DNA of 64,000 nucleotides from the human T2T-CHM13v2.0 reference genome, Homo sapiens. Where the stretch lies: assembly GCF_009914755.1 (NCBI RefSeq), contig NC_060929.1. One strand, 5' to 3'. The notes under the pieces were generated by a model. It was given only the letters and a program-made list of their open reading frames with translations. It was not told where the DNA came from and did no database searches. The number at the start of each line of letters is the position of its first letter. The stretch's first letter is position 1. Positions 1-12,670 of the stretch are shown in pieces. Both the position numbers and the translations under genes were made by a program.

Positions 1-278
1 CTTTGGGAGGCCAAGGTGGGCGGATCACGAGGTCAGGAGATCGAGACCATCCTGGCTAACACGGTGAAACCCCGTCTCTACTAAAAATACAAAAAATTAG
101 CCGGGCGTGTTGGCAGGCGCCTATAGTCCCAGATACTCAGGAGGCTGAGGCAGGAGAATGGCTTGAACCTGGGAGGCGGAGCTTGCAGTGAGCCGAGATC
201 ACGCTACTGTACTCCAGCCTGGGCGACAGAGCGAGACTCCGTCTCAAACAAAAAAAACAAAACAACAACAAGAAAAAC
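1..278 (+). mobile_element. AluY SINE (5' end outside window)
   Basis: GGATCACGAGGTCAGGAGATCGAGACCATCCTGGCTAACACGGTG (Y-type diagnostics), many CpGs retained, A-rich tail. Confidence 0.93.
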
Positions 279-1009
279 TTTGCTTTCTCTCTAAAAACAA
301 ATAAAGGCAGCTCCTTCTTTACGCTTCCCTAAGATATTGTCAGAAGACTAAAACCTCTATCTTCATTCACTTTTTTCTTTTAAATCCATGCTGCTAAAAC
401 TTTTCTCCTTTAATTTATATTTTTTGCTATTCTCTTCTAGAATTACTGTTTTGGAAAATTATCTAATCACTTAAGTTCATCTTAATTTCTTTTGATAAAT
501 GTGATAGCTTCATATTGAGTGTTTGCTTCTTACAGAGAATTGTATGAGGTTTCTAGGCAGGTTGATTATATGCTATTACTCTGGAAGTGTTTTCACCATT
601 TTTCAGCTATAATGACAGACTGTGAATAAATCATGTGACGTGCCGAATCAAATCACCAATAGTCACCTAATCATGAAATCAAGTGAAAAAATTTAGGTTA
701 GCTTCTTGTCCCCTATGCATTATCCTATCATTATTAGTTTTTTCTACCTTTCTGACCATTCATTCTTTTCTGTCTGTTTCAGTCTATGATATCTTTTTAC
801 TGGTCCTTTCCTTGCTAATATGTGTTTTATGCCATAGTTAGATCTTTACTCTTCCCTCTCCATATCCCCTTCCTCATTGGCACCTAACTTCAGTGCCATG
901 AATACAGCATAGAAGTTAGTATCTGTCTTGCCAAAATCTGGTATCTGTAGCTTAGACTTTTTCTGTGTCACAGACACACCCTTGTTTTCATCTATCTACT
1001 ACCTAAGAG

Positions 1010-1190
1010 ACGGCAGAATGTAATGGATCCAAGTATGTTCTCTGTAGTCACAATAACTGAATTTAAATCCTGCCCTATTTAAATGTATAAACCTAGAAAA
1101 TTTACCTGTCCATTGTGTACTTCATTTTCCTTGCATACAAAATAGAAATAATAATCTGATTATGAGTACCTATCTCGTTGTGCTTTGATG
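1010..1190 (+). mobile_element. MIR fragment
   Basis: degenerate MIR core (...AATCCTGCC...CTTCATTTTCCTTGCATACAAAATAGAAATAATAAT...). Confidence 0.5.
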
Positions 1191-1259
1191 ATGAAAAAAA
1201 CTAAAATAAATAATTTTTCTTTTTTCCTTTCATCCTTCCTCCCTTCCAATTCAGTAAAA

Positions 1260-2104
1260 TAGCCATTAGCATGTCCCAGTGAGTTAAGAAAGCAGCCTGG
1301 TGGTAGCCGGGACCTATATAAATATGGCACTAGAGCAAAGTAGAAGGGAGCACAATGGCAGCAGAGCATGGTGGTGGCCCAGTGAGGTTAGAGAATGGAT
1401 CGCATACAAAGAAATCGAGTGAAATGTATTGAGGATAAAGGAAAACCAGACCTGGCGCAACAAAATGAAGTGCTAAAAAAACACATGAAAGCAGTTTGAA
1501 CAGGTTTTAACTGGTCAAATCCGGAAACATTTGAACACCAAAATAAATCACAAAAATAATAGATTATAATTCATTACATGAAATTTGAAATCCATGAGTA
1601 CATATTGATATAAATTAATTAACAAATGAAGAAAAGAAAAAGCTTTCCTTTATAGTAGAGTGACTATTAAATATATAGAAGGAATGATGGAATTAGAAAA
1701 GTCACTATAGTATTTAAAAATTATCATAATGACAATTCTTGCAAGAAATAGCATGGCTGCCAAAACTATTAGATGAGTGTAGGAGGAAGAACAAGATTTA
1801 CATATTCTATCCTCACAAAATCCTTATTAATTATGGAGGAAAGAAAAAGTAATTTTCTAGTCTAGAAACACAGAGGACATCATCACAGGCAAATCAAAGT
1901 CACTACTGCCTATAATGGGACAAACTAATGTCATTTGATCCCCAAAAGAATACAATGATAAAAAGTACAGTGTCACTATGATATTCTGGCCAAAATGAAT
2001 AACATGGATTTCATCATGAGAAAATTTTAGAAAAACCCAAATTAAGGGGTATTTTATAATAAAATAGGGCCCTGTAGTATCCACACATACGAAGTTCATG
2101 AAAG
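1260..2104 (+). mobile_element. Old L1 3' region (L1MC4/L1MC5-like), left part
   Basis: ATCCATGAGTACATATT...GAAGGAATGATGGAATTAGAAAA...AAACCCAAATTAAGGGG; homologous to the L1 at 49040-50220 in this window. Confidence 0.75.
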
Positions 2105-2109
2105 TAATT

Positions 2110-2453
2110 GAAATATGTATGATTCATATATAGCTATTATACATAAACTGATCACTTTATATACTTCATTTTACTGGCTCTATACTAGACAATGAAATAG
2201 TTATGTATATATAATATATATATTTAGCTATTTATAGCTATATATGAATATATATGAATCATATATATTAATATGAATATATATTCATATATATGAAAAT
2301 GCATATAGATATATATGTATATTCAATTCATGATCAAGCTTCACCTGTTGCTCTGTCCTATCAAGTATTCATATATATATTAATATATATGTAACTAGTT
2401 ATATAAAAATATATAGCCATAAAATATATATATTTATATATATAGCTATTTAC

Positions 2454-2530
<77 letters not shown>

Positions 2531-2760
2531 AGAACTGATTATCCACTTCATTTTACTGGCTCTATACTAGACAATGAAATAGCTATATGTATTTTTTATA
2601 GCTATATATATTTGTATACATAAATATATAGCTATAAAAATATAATTTTTATATGGCTATATATATTCACATATGTCTTATATGTGATGACATATCTTAT
2701 CACATGTATATATAGAAAACATACATATCTTACAGCCATACATATGGCTATAAAAAGCAT
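2110..2760. repeat. TA-rich low-complexity/palindromic tract including (TG)15(TA)20 at 2457-2526
   Basis: direct reading; many TATAGCTA palindromes. Confidence 0.9.
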
Positions 2761-2769
2761 AGTTGGGGT

Positions 2770-2890
2770 GATTGCCAAAATTTGCATGGGGCCTCTGGAT
2801 GAAGAATAAACAGGAGTTTGGTTGGTTTGGTTTATATTATTCATACAACTTTTCTGTAAGTTTGAAATTATTTCAAAATAAAACAAAAAA
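2770..2890 (+). mobile_element. Old L1 3' terminus (continuation of 1260-2104)
   Basis: CAACTTTTCTGTAAGTTTGAAATTATTTCAAAATAAAA is the typical L1MC/ME 3' end. Confidence 0.7.
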
Positions 2891-3507
2891 TGAGTCAGTA
2901 GATATTAAGCAACTTAGAAAAATGATTGACTCATAGTAAGCACTCCATAAGATCTTTATTATTGATAAAGGATGGGTCTTTATCTCTAAAGACAGTAGTA
3001 GAGGAAATGACTTAGGATATGTAGGCAAAGCCAAAGGATGAAAAACTTTTATCGTTGCTCTAAAACAATTGTACATTATTCTCTTGTAAAATCAAGGGAA
3101 AAAAGCTCATAAGTATGATTTTCAAATATTGCCTTTGTAACTGTGAAGAACCGATTACTTTATCCACTTTATTTTACTGGCTCTATACTAGACAATGAAA
3201 GCTCACTTGTTGTTCCCCTAATACACCATGTGATTCCATGTTTCATAATTTTCCTTAAATTATTTTTCTTACTGGAATATCTTTCTCCTGGTTGTCTAGT
3301 TGAAAAAAATTTCAGCCCATCATTTAAGACAGTTTATTCCTCATCCACCCTTTCACTCCTCCATACAATAGCCTCTATTGTTACACTGACCCTAAGTGTC
3401 TGTTTAGCAATCTTTCTCTTTTCTTAGATTTGAACTCCCTGAGGGTAGAAACCAGAATGTTTCATTTTATTTTCTCATCTCAAGAACACACCATGATATA
3501 CACCATA

Positions 3508-3732
3508 TGATTAATGCTCAATTATGCTTTATATTGAAATAATTAATGAATGCAGCTGTTTGTTCCATAGGGGCAATATAATGCAGTATTAAGAGTTCAG
3601 GGTATTGAATAAAGAAAGATTTGATTAATGCTCAATTATGCTTTATATTGAAATAATTAATGAATGCAGCTGTTTGTTACATAGAGGCAATATAATGCAG
3701 TATAAACAGTTCAGGGTATTGAATAAAGAAAG
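3508..3732. repeat. Tandem duplication, 2 x 111 bp (3508-3618; 3622-3732), ~96% identical
   Basis: TGATTAATGCTCAATTATG...GAATAAAGAAAG occurs twice, 4 mismatches by eye. Confidence 0.95.
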
Positions 3733-4949
3733 CCCAGAATTAGACACCATCTTCTCCACTCATAGCTGTGGGCCCATTTGCAAGTTACACAATATCTCAA
3801 AGCCTTAATTTCCTCATTTATACAATAGAAATAATAATGCTTACCAAGTTGTACAGTTTAATGTAAGTATGCAACTTATGTCAAATTTCTACCTTCTCTT
3901 GTGTTGTGTAGTCCTGCCTTTGGAGACTATTACTGATTGTTGGTACCTTAGGATTTTCCCAGCCTGCTCTCATCAATCTTAACATACCCAGTGACAATAC
4001 TGGGGAAAAAGATATCAGGTCCCATATCATACTACAATATGTTTTTGAATGATAATTTAAAATACATTTAACATTAATTTTCTAGCTAACAAAGTTTTTC
4101 CCCTTCTAATGGGATCCCCATGAATTAAACTTTACTAAAATGTATTTTATTGTCAAAAGAAATTATAATTTAATAATTTAATATTAAAACAATGTAAAAT
4201 TTTAACTAAGTATAAATTTGTTTTCTAAATCTAGGATGGTAGATTTTAAATTTGATTTTGATTATTTTGAAAAGCACCATTTTACTTTTTTTTTTTTGTT
4301 TTTTTTCGTTCCTTGTGATCTCCGACAATGATATTAATCTCAAATGAACCAAATTATTGCTGAACTTACACTCTAAGAAATATGAATGATATTAAGCATT
4401 CTTACCTAAACAGTATTTTGTTTGCAGAACTCTACTGTTGTAAATAAAAAGGCTGTTATGTGTCAACCATGCAAGGTGATATGTGCAGACAGAGCATAGT
4501 CTTCTACCAAGTATGAAGGTTAAAATAAAAGGTGCAATTTATGTGCAATCTTATGCATATATTCATTGCATTTAGTTTCTTTACAAAAACAGTCTCTCAA
4601 AAATACCATCAGTTCTAACTTTAAATATGGTATTGCTGGAAGTAGTATATAGAAATGCCATCATGCTTATCATGGTGACATTTTTAGCCATTAAGATTTA
4701 ATGTCCACCTAAATTGTAAAGTGATAAATGTAATAATGAATGAAAAAAATAACACCACAGCTTCATCAATCAACTTCTACGTTGCCTTTGGAAACATTCC
4801 ACACCAACGATAGGTGAATTGATAGAGTTTAAAGTTCATAACATATTCGTAAATAAGATCAAGGTTGAACTTCACCACAAAAGAATGCGCTTCAAAATAA
4901 GAAAGAAATGTGGTCTTAAGACTAACCCTACAGTGACGGTCCTTGCATC

Positions 4950-5340
4950 ATGATAGTTAAGTATGTGGACTCCAGTGAAATGCCTAGATGTGATACTGGT
5001 TTACGACTTAAGTGTTTGACTGGATCCAATTACTTACTCTCTCTCACTCTCAGTTTCTCTGACTTTTGTAGTACATATCTCAGAGTGATGCAATGAATAT
5101 GTACATAGAAGAGTGTCTGGCACTTAATTAGCATTCAATAAATCTTAGCTATTAGTGGTGATTGATTCCTAACTGAACTGTAGAATCTCAGCAAATTCAT
5201 TTAATATTTCTTTGTGTTCACTTTTTTCTTCTGTGTATAATGTAGATAATAACTTTTCAGTTTATATGAGGATTAAATGAGAGTATGTATTTGTATACCT
5301 AGCATACAGTAGCAAATACAATAGGTGCTGTTAGAATTAG
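4950..5340 (+). mobile_element. MIR fragments (two adjacent)
   Basis: CTCAGTTTCTC...GTGTCTGGCACTTAATTAGCATTCAATAAATCTTAGCTATT; TGAGGATTAAATGAG. Confidence 0.55.
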
Positions 5341-5849
5341 TACTTGAAAGGTTTAAACTTATCTTAAATGTCTTACTTATTCCCGGGCATCACCCTTGAC
5401 TGCGAAAATCAACACAGAAGTTTATAAACAAGACTGTGAAGCAGTGGAATGCCGAGCAAGATCAGTTAGCTAATATGAGGGCAAAACCCATAAGGGACAG
5501 TGATAGAAAGCAACTGAGACAAAGCTACCTTAGTTTATAGAAGCCTCCTCGTCCTCTCTTGGACAAGTCGGAAATAGCCCAGTGTCTTCCCTTGGCCTCG
5601 CGGTCAGATTTACTAATACATTCATTTGCTCATGAATTCGACAGTTATTGAGTGCACCCTGCATGTTGAACACTGTGCTGGATCCTGGGGTTGCCGTGGT
5701 GAGCGAGGCAGACACAACTCAAGTCTATGTGGAGCTTAAAGACTGAGCAACACATGAGCTCATCACAGTTGCCACATAAGGACTTTATTTTTTCCTAAAT
5801 TTGCATATATTTTTTTTAAAAAAGTAAAGAAAAGTAATATTAACAACAT

Positions 5850-6085
5850 CTAACAACTGTTGAGCATGTCTTATGTGTCAAAAATTGTCACAAATACTTT
5901 ACTTGCATTACTTCTAATCCTCCCAATAATCCCATAAAGGGGGCACTATGATTACACCTCTTTACAGTTGAAGCATTTGGAAGACAAACACTAAGTCATT
6001 TGTTCAAGATAATGCAGCTGATATCTGAGAGTTAGGATCCTAAGCCAGGTCTTTGGGCTCTCAACTCAATGTTCTTAACAGCAAT
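5850..6085 (-). mobile_element. MIR
   Basis: TTGAGCATGTCTTATGTGTCA...AATCCTCCCAATAATCCCATAAAGG...TTTACAG...AAGCCAGGTCT. Confidence 0.6.
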
Positions 6086-6661
6086 CCTTTTATTCATTAT
6101 GAATTTTGAAAAAGCTTTGTAATTTCAATGTTTATAAGGAAAGAGGAAAGAAAGAGCTTGTAAATTTTAGTCAAGCAGAAGAAAGCAGATGAATTAGTAA
6201 TCATCCACCCCCACCCCCCAGAAAAATAGAAAACTGAAAAAAAAGTTTCACTTGCTTGCATAGGTTGCCAGATTATGCTGCATGTCATGGAAGATGAGGG
6301 TAGGGAATGTGTGAAGTATTGATTAAAATATTTCCATATTGGTGATTTATTGCAATCTATAACTTATAACAGCTTTAGATATATTTCTAAAAATTATGTA
6401 GAACTTGAATTGTTACTATTAAAATGTTAGTTTTATTTTAAATAAGCTCAGAATTAAAATTATTTATCCGTTTAAGAACATTTGTATAAGTTGTATTTTC
6501 TTGTACAGGTTAATATAAAAATATACTTTGTGTCTTTGAGGTTAGAAACATATTTGCCTTTTGTGTTGTTCTCTTGCTGCAGGTGCTGAATGAACTCAAA
6601 ATGACTAAAGCCAGACATTAAAATTTTAAAAAGATAAGCTTAGGTTGTTTAAAAATGTTTA

Positions 6662-6967
<306 letters not shown>

Positions 6968-8067
6968 TTTTTTTGATCTAATAAAATATGTGGTTTAAAT
7001 ATTACAGTAATATTAAAACCACCTATAGTCATACAGTGTTTACACTTTACACAGCATTTCATATACATTATCTGTAGTTTTAAAATTTGAGCTAGCGTAA
7101 CAAATTAATTTAAAAAGTGTCCTCCTCCCTACCCACATTCCCAATCATAAGCTTGGATGGAATGAGATCTTGTTATTTTGTAGTGTTCAGCAGCTAATAT
7201 TTTAGGTTAGAAATAGAGCTTCAAAAAGACCTCTGTGTCACTGATAAAACTAAAGATGATAAAGACCTGTGTTCAATGTTTTATTTGTAGTAATGTTATT
7301 TAATAGCTTCTATTCATCATTTTATGTCTTATAACATCCCAAAGCTTCTTTCCAACATATATTAGACTATGTCAAGAATGTAGAAGGCAAGATGAGATAA
7401 AACACATGCCAACTGTCACCAGTTTGGACCACCACCAACCAGGCAGTCAAATAGCACCTCAATGTTTATAGAGAACATCATTAGTCATGAAGTAATCTTG
7501 TATGGTAAATTATTCCCTGTGGGACCTTTTAAAACACGTACTCCTGTTAGTGTGAGCAAGGCACCTGCTTTGACAATATAAGGAAACACCAAACTGAAAA
7601 ATAGATGAGAATAAGTAGGGAAGCATTTGAGAGAAAACAGACATAGAGTAATAAGCTTCTTATGCTTTGAAAAATAGGCCTTCAGTCTTTGCTTCCTGCT
7701 TTTCTTACTATGTAATACTAGAATCATATCTGTAGCACAATTTGATTAAAGATGATTGGTGATTTTTTTGTTTTGTTTTTGCTGTTCTAAATTCAGAAAA
7801 CACACATAAATTTTTAAAATAAAATTTTTAGCAACACCTTTGAGTAATCAGGTAGGAAAAGAAAGTTGTCATGGAATTGCCACCTGTCTACCTAGTTTAT
7901 TGCCATGAATATCTGAGTTTGAGTATATTTGCACAGAAAATTATACATGAACACATGAACATATGAATATTCATGTACATAGATGTGTTGTGGGGGACTG
8001 ATGAGGAGATTGATTTATTTTTTTATTAGAAAAACAATATTGAGACATTTGTCATTTATTCATACTA

Positions 8068-8762
8068 TTTATGTATTTTTATTTATTTTTATTACTATTA
8101 TACTTTAAGTTCTAGGGTACATGTGCACAACGTGCAGGTTTGTTACATTGTATACATTTGCCATGTTGGTGTGCTGCACCTATTAACTCGTCATTTACAT
8201 TAGGTATATATCCTAATGCTATCCCTCCCTCTTCCCCCCCAACCCCACAACAGGCCCCAGTGTGTGATGTTCCCCTTCCTGTGGCCATGTGTTCTCATTG
8301 TTCAATTCCCACCTATGAGTGAGAACATGCGGTGTTTGGTTTTTTCTCCTTGCGATAGTTTGCTGAGAATGATGGTTTCCAGCTTCATCCATGTCCCTAC
8401 AAAGGACACGAACTCATCCTTTTTTATGACTGCATGGTATTCCATGCTGTATATGTGCCTCATTTTCTTAATCCAGTCTATCATTGATGGACATTTGGGT
8501 TGGTTCCAAGTCTTTGCTATTGTGAATAGTGCCGCAATAAACATAGATGTGCATGTGTCTTTATAGCAGCATGATTTATAATCCTTTGGGTATATACCCA
8601 GTAATGGGACGGCTGGGTCACATGGTATTTCTAGTTCTAGATCCTTGAGGAATCACCACACTGTCTTTCGCAATGATTGAACTAGTTTACAGTCCCACCA
8701 ACAGTGTAAAAGTGTTCCTATTTCTCCACATCCTCTCCAGCACCTGTTGTTTCCTGACTTTT
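8068..8762 (-). mobile_element. L1PA 3' end (5'-truncated; ORF2 C-terminus + 3'UTR)
   Basis: minus ORF 8302-8544 MFIAALFTIAKTWNQPKCPSMIDWIKKM... = L1 ORF2p C-terminus; TACTTTAAGTTCTAGGGTACATGTGCACAACGTGCAGG; poly(T) on left. Confidence 0.96.
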
Positions 8763-9029
8763 CATAGTTTAATTTCATACAGTAAGAACAAAATGATTTC
8801 TAGTATTTTTATAGCCTTGGTTTGGAATTATCATTTCATTTTCTAAGTATGATGAAGAACTGCAAGTTTTTATAAAGACCAGATCATATTAATTCCCTAC
8901 CAAATATTCAGAAAAATGAAGTATGTGTGGTTTCAGTAATCCTCACACATATCTAGAGAGAAATAATGTTTTGAGTTGCTGATATTATAAGTGTATACTT
9001 TTCCAACAGTATTTCTAATACCTTCTTTC

Positions 9030-9415
9030 TTATACAGTTTTCAGAGACAATTTACATATCATAGAATTCACCCATTTAAAGTGTACAATCTCATGGTTTT
9101 TAGTATGTTCACAGAGTTGTGCAACTATAAACACAATCAATTTTACTGCATTTTCATCACCCCAGAAAGAAACTCCATAACCATTAGCAATCATTCCCAA
9201 TTTCTCTTCCCATCCTCACCTAGCGTCTCCCCAGATCTCCTGGCCCCAAGCAATCACTTACCTACTGTCTGTTTATTTGCCTATTCTGGACTTTTTCAGT
9301 CTCCTATCTAACTGTAATCATATGTCCTTCGACTGACATCTTTCCATTCTCCTCCTCCTAACCTTCCAAGCTCTCTGGTAACCACCATTCTACTCTGTTT
9401 GTCTATAAAATCAGA
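9030..9415 (-). mobile_element. L1MA/MB 3'UTR fragments
   Basis: AATTCACCCATTTAAAGTGTACAAT...TTGCCTATTCTGGAC; CTCTGGTAACCACCATTCTACTCTG. Confidence 0.75.
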
Positions 9416-9790
9416 CCCAGTCTGAGCAACCTCTCTGGAGCAATGCCATCATATGGTCTCCAGGTGGCTCCTCATGTTAGTCTTGGGGCCCACAAGGTCA
9501 AGGGGCTCTCCCATAGCTAGAACGGCAGGAGTATACAGCAGATATGTGGACCTCTGGTGATCATTCAATGACCCTTTTCCTGCATCAGGGAGCCTCTCCA
9601 AGATCCCAGTGGATCTCTGCCATAGAGGCTCCCACCCTCCCTCTTCTTCCTGGCCTTAAATGTTTCCCATCACTTCTCTATTGAATTCCAGAGTTCTCTT
9701 TTAGGTAATTTATTCAAAGTTTGACTGTCTACTCACTATTTTAGTTCTTCTTTGTGGAGTAGGCGAGTACCTCTAGTCAGCCATCTTGAA
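9416..9790 (-). mobile_element. L1 5'UTR-like fragment (older L1M/L1P family)
   Basis: ends CTCTAGTCAGCCATCTTG = reverse complement of an L1 start CAAGATGGCTGACTAGAG. Confidence 0.55.
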
Positions 9791-9792
9791 GC

Positions 9793-10484
9793 TGTAAAAG
9801 AAAAATAATTCTCAGGACCCCCAAATGACTAAACCAAAGGGAAAAGTCAAGCTGGAAACTGCATCAGGCAAACCTGCCTCCCATTTTATTCCTAAATAAG
9901 ATACCTACAAAGATTCAAAAGAAAGCTACATCTCTTCCTTACGATTGCCCATAAGGAAATTCCTTGTGGACCTCAAGATCTTCACCCTAAAACAGTTCTA
10001 TTGACTTCCACCCTGGCAATCTTAACTGATAGCTTATCTTCACAGGCAAAGGACAGACAGAACCTAAAGTCATCCCTCTGCTCACCGATTGCTTCCTCTG
10101 CCCTATTGTCTATGTAAAAATGAAGATTCATTGAGTCAAACTAAGGCATAAGTGACTATTCCTCTATCCCCTCTACATGTAAATTGTGTATTCAGTGAAA
10201 GTCTGATCTAAGACTCAAAAGAATGCAACCTTTTGTCTCTGATTTCCTATAGTCTGGAAGTCTGAGTTGTCCTGCCTTTCTGGATCAAACAAATGTGTAC
10301 ATCTTACAAGCATTGATTGATGTCTCATGTATCCCTAAAATGTAAAAAACTAAACTGTGCCCCTACCACCTTGGGCACATGTCATCAGGACCTCCTGAGG
10401 CTGTGTCATGGATGCATCCTTCACCTTGGCAAAATTAACTTTCTAAATTGATCGAGACCTGTCTCAGATATTTTTGAGTTCACA
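9793..10484 (+). mobile_element. ERV1 solo LTR, MER4A-like, TSD AAGC
   Basis: TG...CA termini; AAGC at 9789-9792 and 10485-10488; CCAAAGGGAAAAGTCAAGCTGG and CAGGACCTCCTGAGGCTGTGTCA motifs. Confidence 0.85.
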
Positions 10485-12429
10485 AAGCCATAAGCAGCAA
10501 TTTCTAACAGTGCTTTTCATTTCTGTCTAAATCAATAGATTTTACTAAGAGGGTCCTATGTCTCATTTACTGTGTGTTGAACTTTTTGCAAAATGTATTC
10601 TAAAATAATATAATAGATTAATTTCATGGAGTCTTACAGTACAAATACTTCCCAGACATCTTTCTGAGGACCTTAATAACCATATGGATGAATCTCAATA
10701 GAAAAGATGTTTTCCAGCCAGATCCAACAATGGCAGCTAACACTGGAAAACACACTGCAAAGAGTAATCACCTTTAGAGCCCAAAGTTAAATATTTTAAG
10801 ACCTCAGTGTTCTACAGGGAACATCTGCCGTTGATGAAATATGTAAACTTGGGCATTTAGTGCTCTACCTTCAGCTCTGTATTCTGGAAATAATCCCCTG
10901 GGGTTACCTGCAAAATTCCTGCCTTCTCCAGATACACTACCACAACCACCATCTAGAGAGTCTGCAAATTTTCCCGTCTCCATTCTGGGGCTTTCTGTCA
11001 TGACAAATAGACACATTAATTATTGTTTTTATACTTAACCTCATAGGATTCATGGGACACTCAGGCAATATAATGTGTTGTTGAAAGATGCTGAAATGAA
11101 AGAAAGTGGTTGGACAAACTACAGTTCTATATCTTCTTATGCAGATGGTTAGAGACAATCATGGATGACCAGGATTTGAGATGGTCTCTTATTTCTTGTT
11201 ATCCATTGTTCTGACCAGCTCTTCTGTTTATTGCTACCTGTTCCTGTAGAACCGGAGCCATGTGGCGCTCCATGTACCTCACTTTGAATCCATTATAGCT
11301 GTGAGCCCTGGATGCATGGTAAGGCTATGCTTGTATTCTGGATTTGAAACTAAAAGATAACCTTGACATTTCATAAAGTCAATTTCATTCATTAGGCAAA
11401 TTGCCACATTTGAGAATAAGCAAATTAAGCATTTTTATCTGTCTTTTGGCTTCTCTGAGTAGTGTAATCATCATGGATTGTGTCACGGACCAGATTCAAA
11501 GCCTTGTAATTGTATGTCAGTGGGCGATATGATGCTGAGGGTTCTCCTGGGGTTCTTTACCAGACCCCCTCAGTTTCCCACTCCCCGGGACATACCGAGA
11601 CTTCTGATATACAATAAAGATCATTTGGAAGCATTGTTCTTTCAAGCCTCTTAGACTTTATTCAATTTGGAGGATCTTGCTATCCCCATCTTAAGCTGAA
11701 GTAATAATAATACACAGTAAAAGTAATGCCTACTGTTTGTGAGAACTGTGTGGCAAAGAAACACTCTGCCTGTGGACTCCTTCCAGGAAACTCAAATTTG
11801 TATTATTAATCCTTATTGTAGATTGCTACCATCTATGGAAATTGCTATGGTGCAAAATGCAGAAACACATTTCCTTTGTTAGAAACCTAATTGATTCATT
11901 TAGAGCTTTCTTTTGTTAATCTACCAAATCACAGCTACTAAATATTGCATGTGATAGCCATAGATACAGTCATTATTAACATGGCAGTTATCATGGGGGG
12001 TTTTTCAGCCCACATTCACATTTATTTTTCTTTTAATATAAAATGGCCCATACTTTTGAAAAATTTCTTGCAATTGAATTTAAAGTTTATCTTTAAAGGC
12101 AAAGCATTCCAGGAAAAGAATATGACAAATCTTTCTCCACTATATGGAAATAAGTATATGTGTTTGTGTTTGTTCATATACACACACAGATACATGTGTG
12201 TATATACATAATACATAAATTTCTTATTGTGTTATGAATTATATTTTATGAAAATTAAAACAACCTATTCCTGATAAATACCTCTTTCTAAAATGATGCA
12301 TATTTTCAAGCTGCAGAAAACTATTTTAAATATTGTGACTCAGTATAGACATAAGATAAACTAAAAAATCCTTTCCTCCCCCTTAAATGTGATGTTTGTG
12401 TTAATGATTATAAGGATTCCTATGAATAA

Positions 12430-12670
12430 TAAAACTACCAATTTATTGATTCCTTACTATGTGCTAAGCACTCTCCTTGTACATCTTCTTCTTACTTTTC
12501 CCAACAGCCCTATGAGTCAAGCACCACTACTTGCCCCATCGTAGAGAAGATTAAATGAGAGAAAAGGTTTCATAACTTCCTCCAGGGTGTAGAAGCTTGT
12601 GTTCCACTATCTTGGACTTGAACTCTGAAGCTCTCATTCTAGATCCTGAGTCCTCTACCATTACATTTTA
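12430..12670 (-). mobile_element. MIR
   Basis: ATTTATTGATTCCTTACTATGTGCTAAGCACT...CAACAGCCCTATGAG...GGACTTGAACTC. Confidence 0.6.

Noticed and set aside
2361-2546. ORFs with IYIYIY/HTHTHT or VCVCVC runs (also 14266-14560, 63539-63733)
   Set aside because: Translations of dinucleotide microsatellites
8140-8566. Plus-strand 60- and 116-aa ORFs
   Set aside because: Antisense frames of the L1PA 3' end
10908-10994. Possible 87-nt minus-strand exon (SPRMETGKFADSLDGG...) with CAG|GTAACC donor
   Set aside because: Acceptor lacks a polypyrimidine tract; peptide unrecognised; no partner exons
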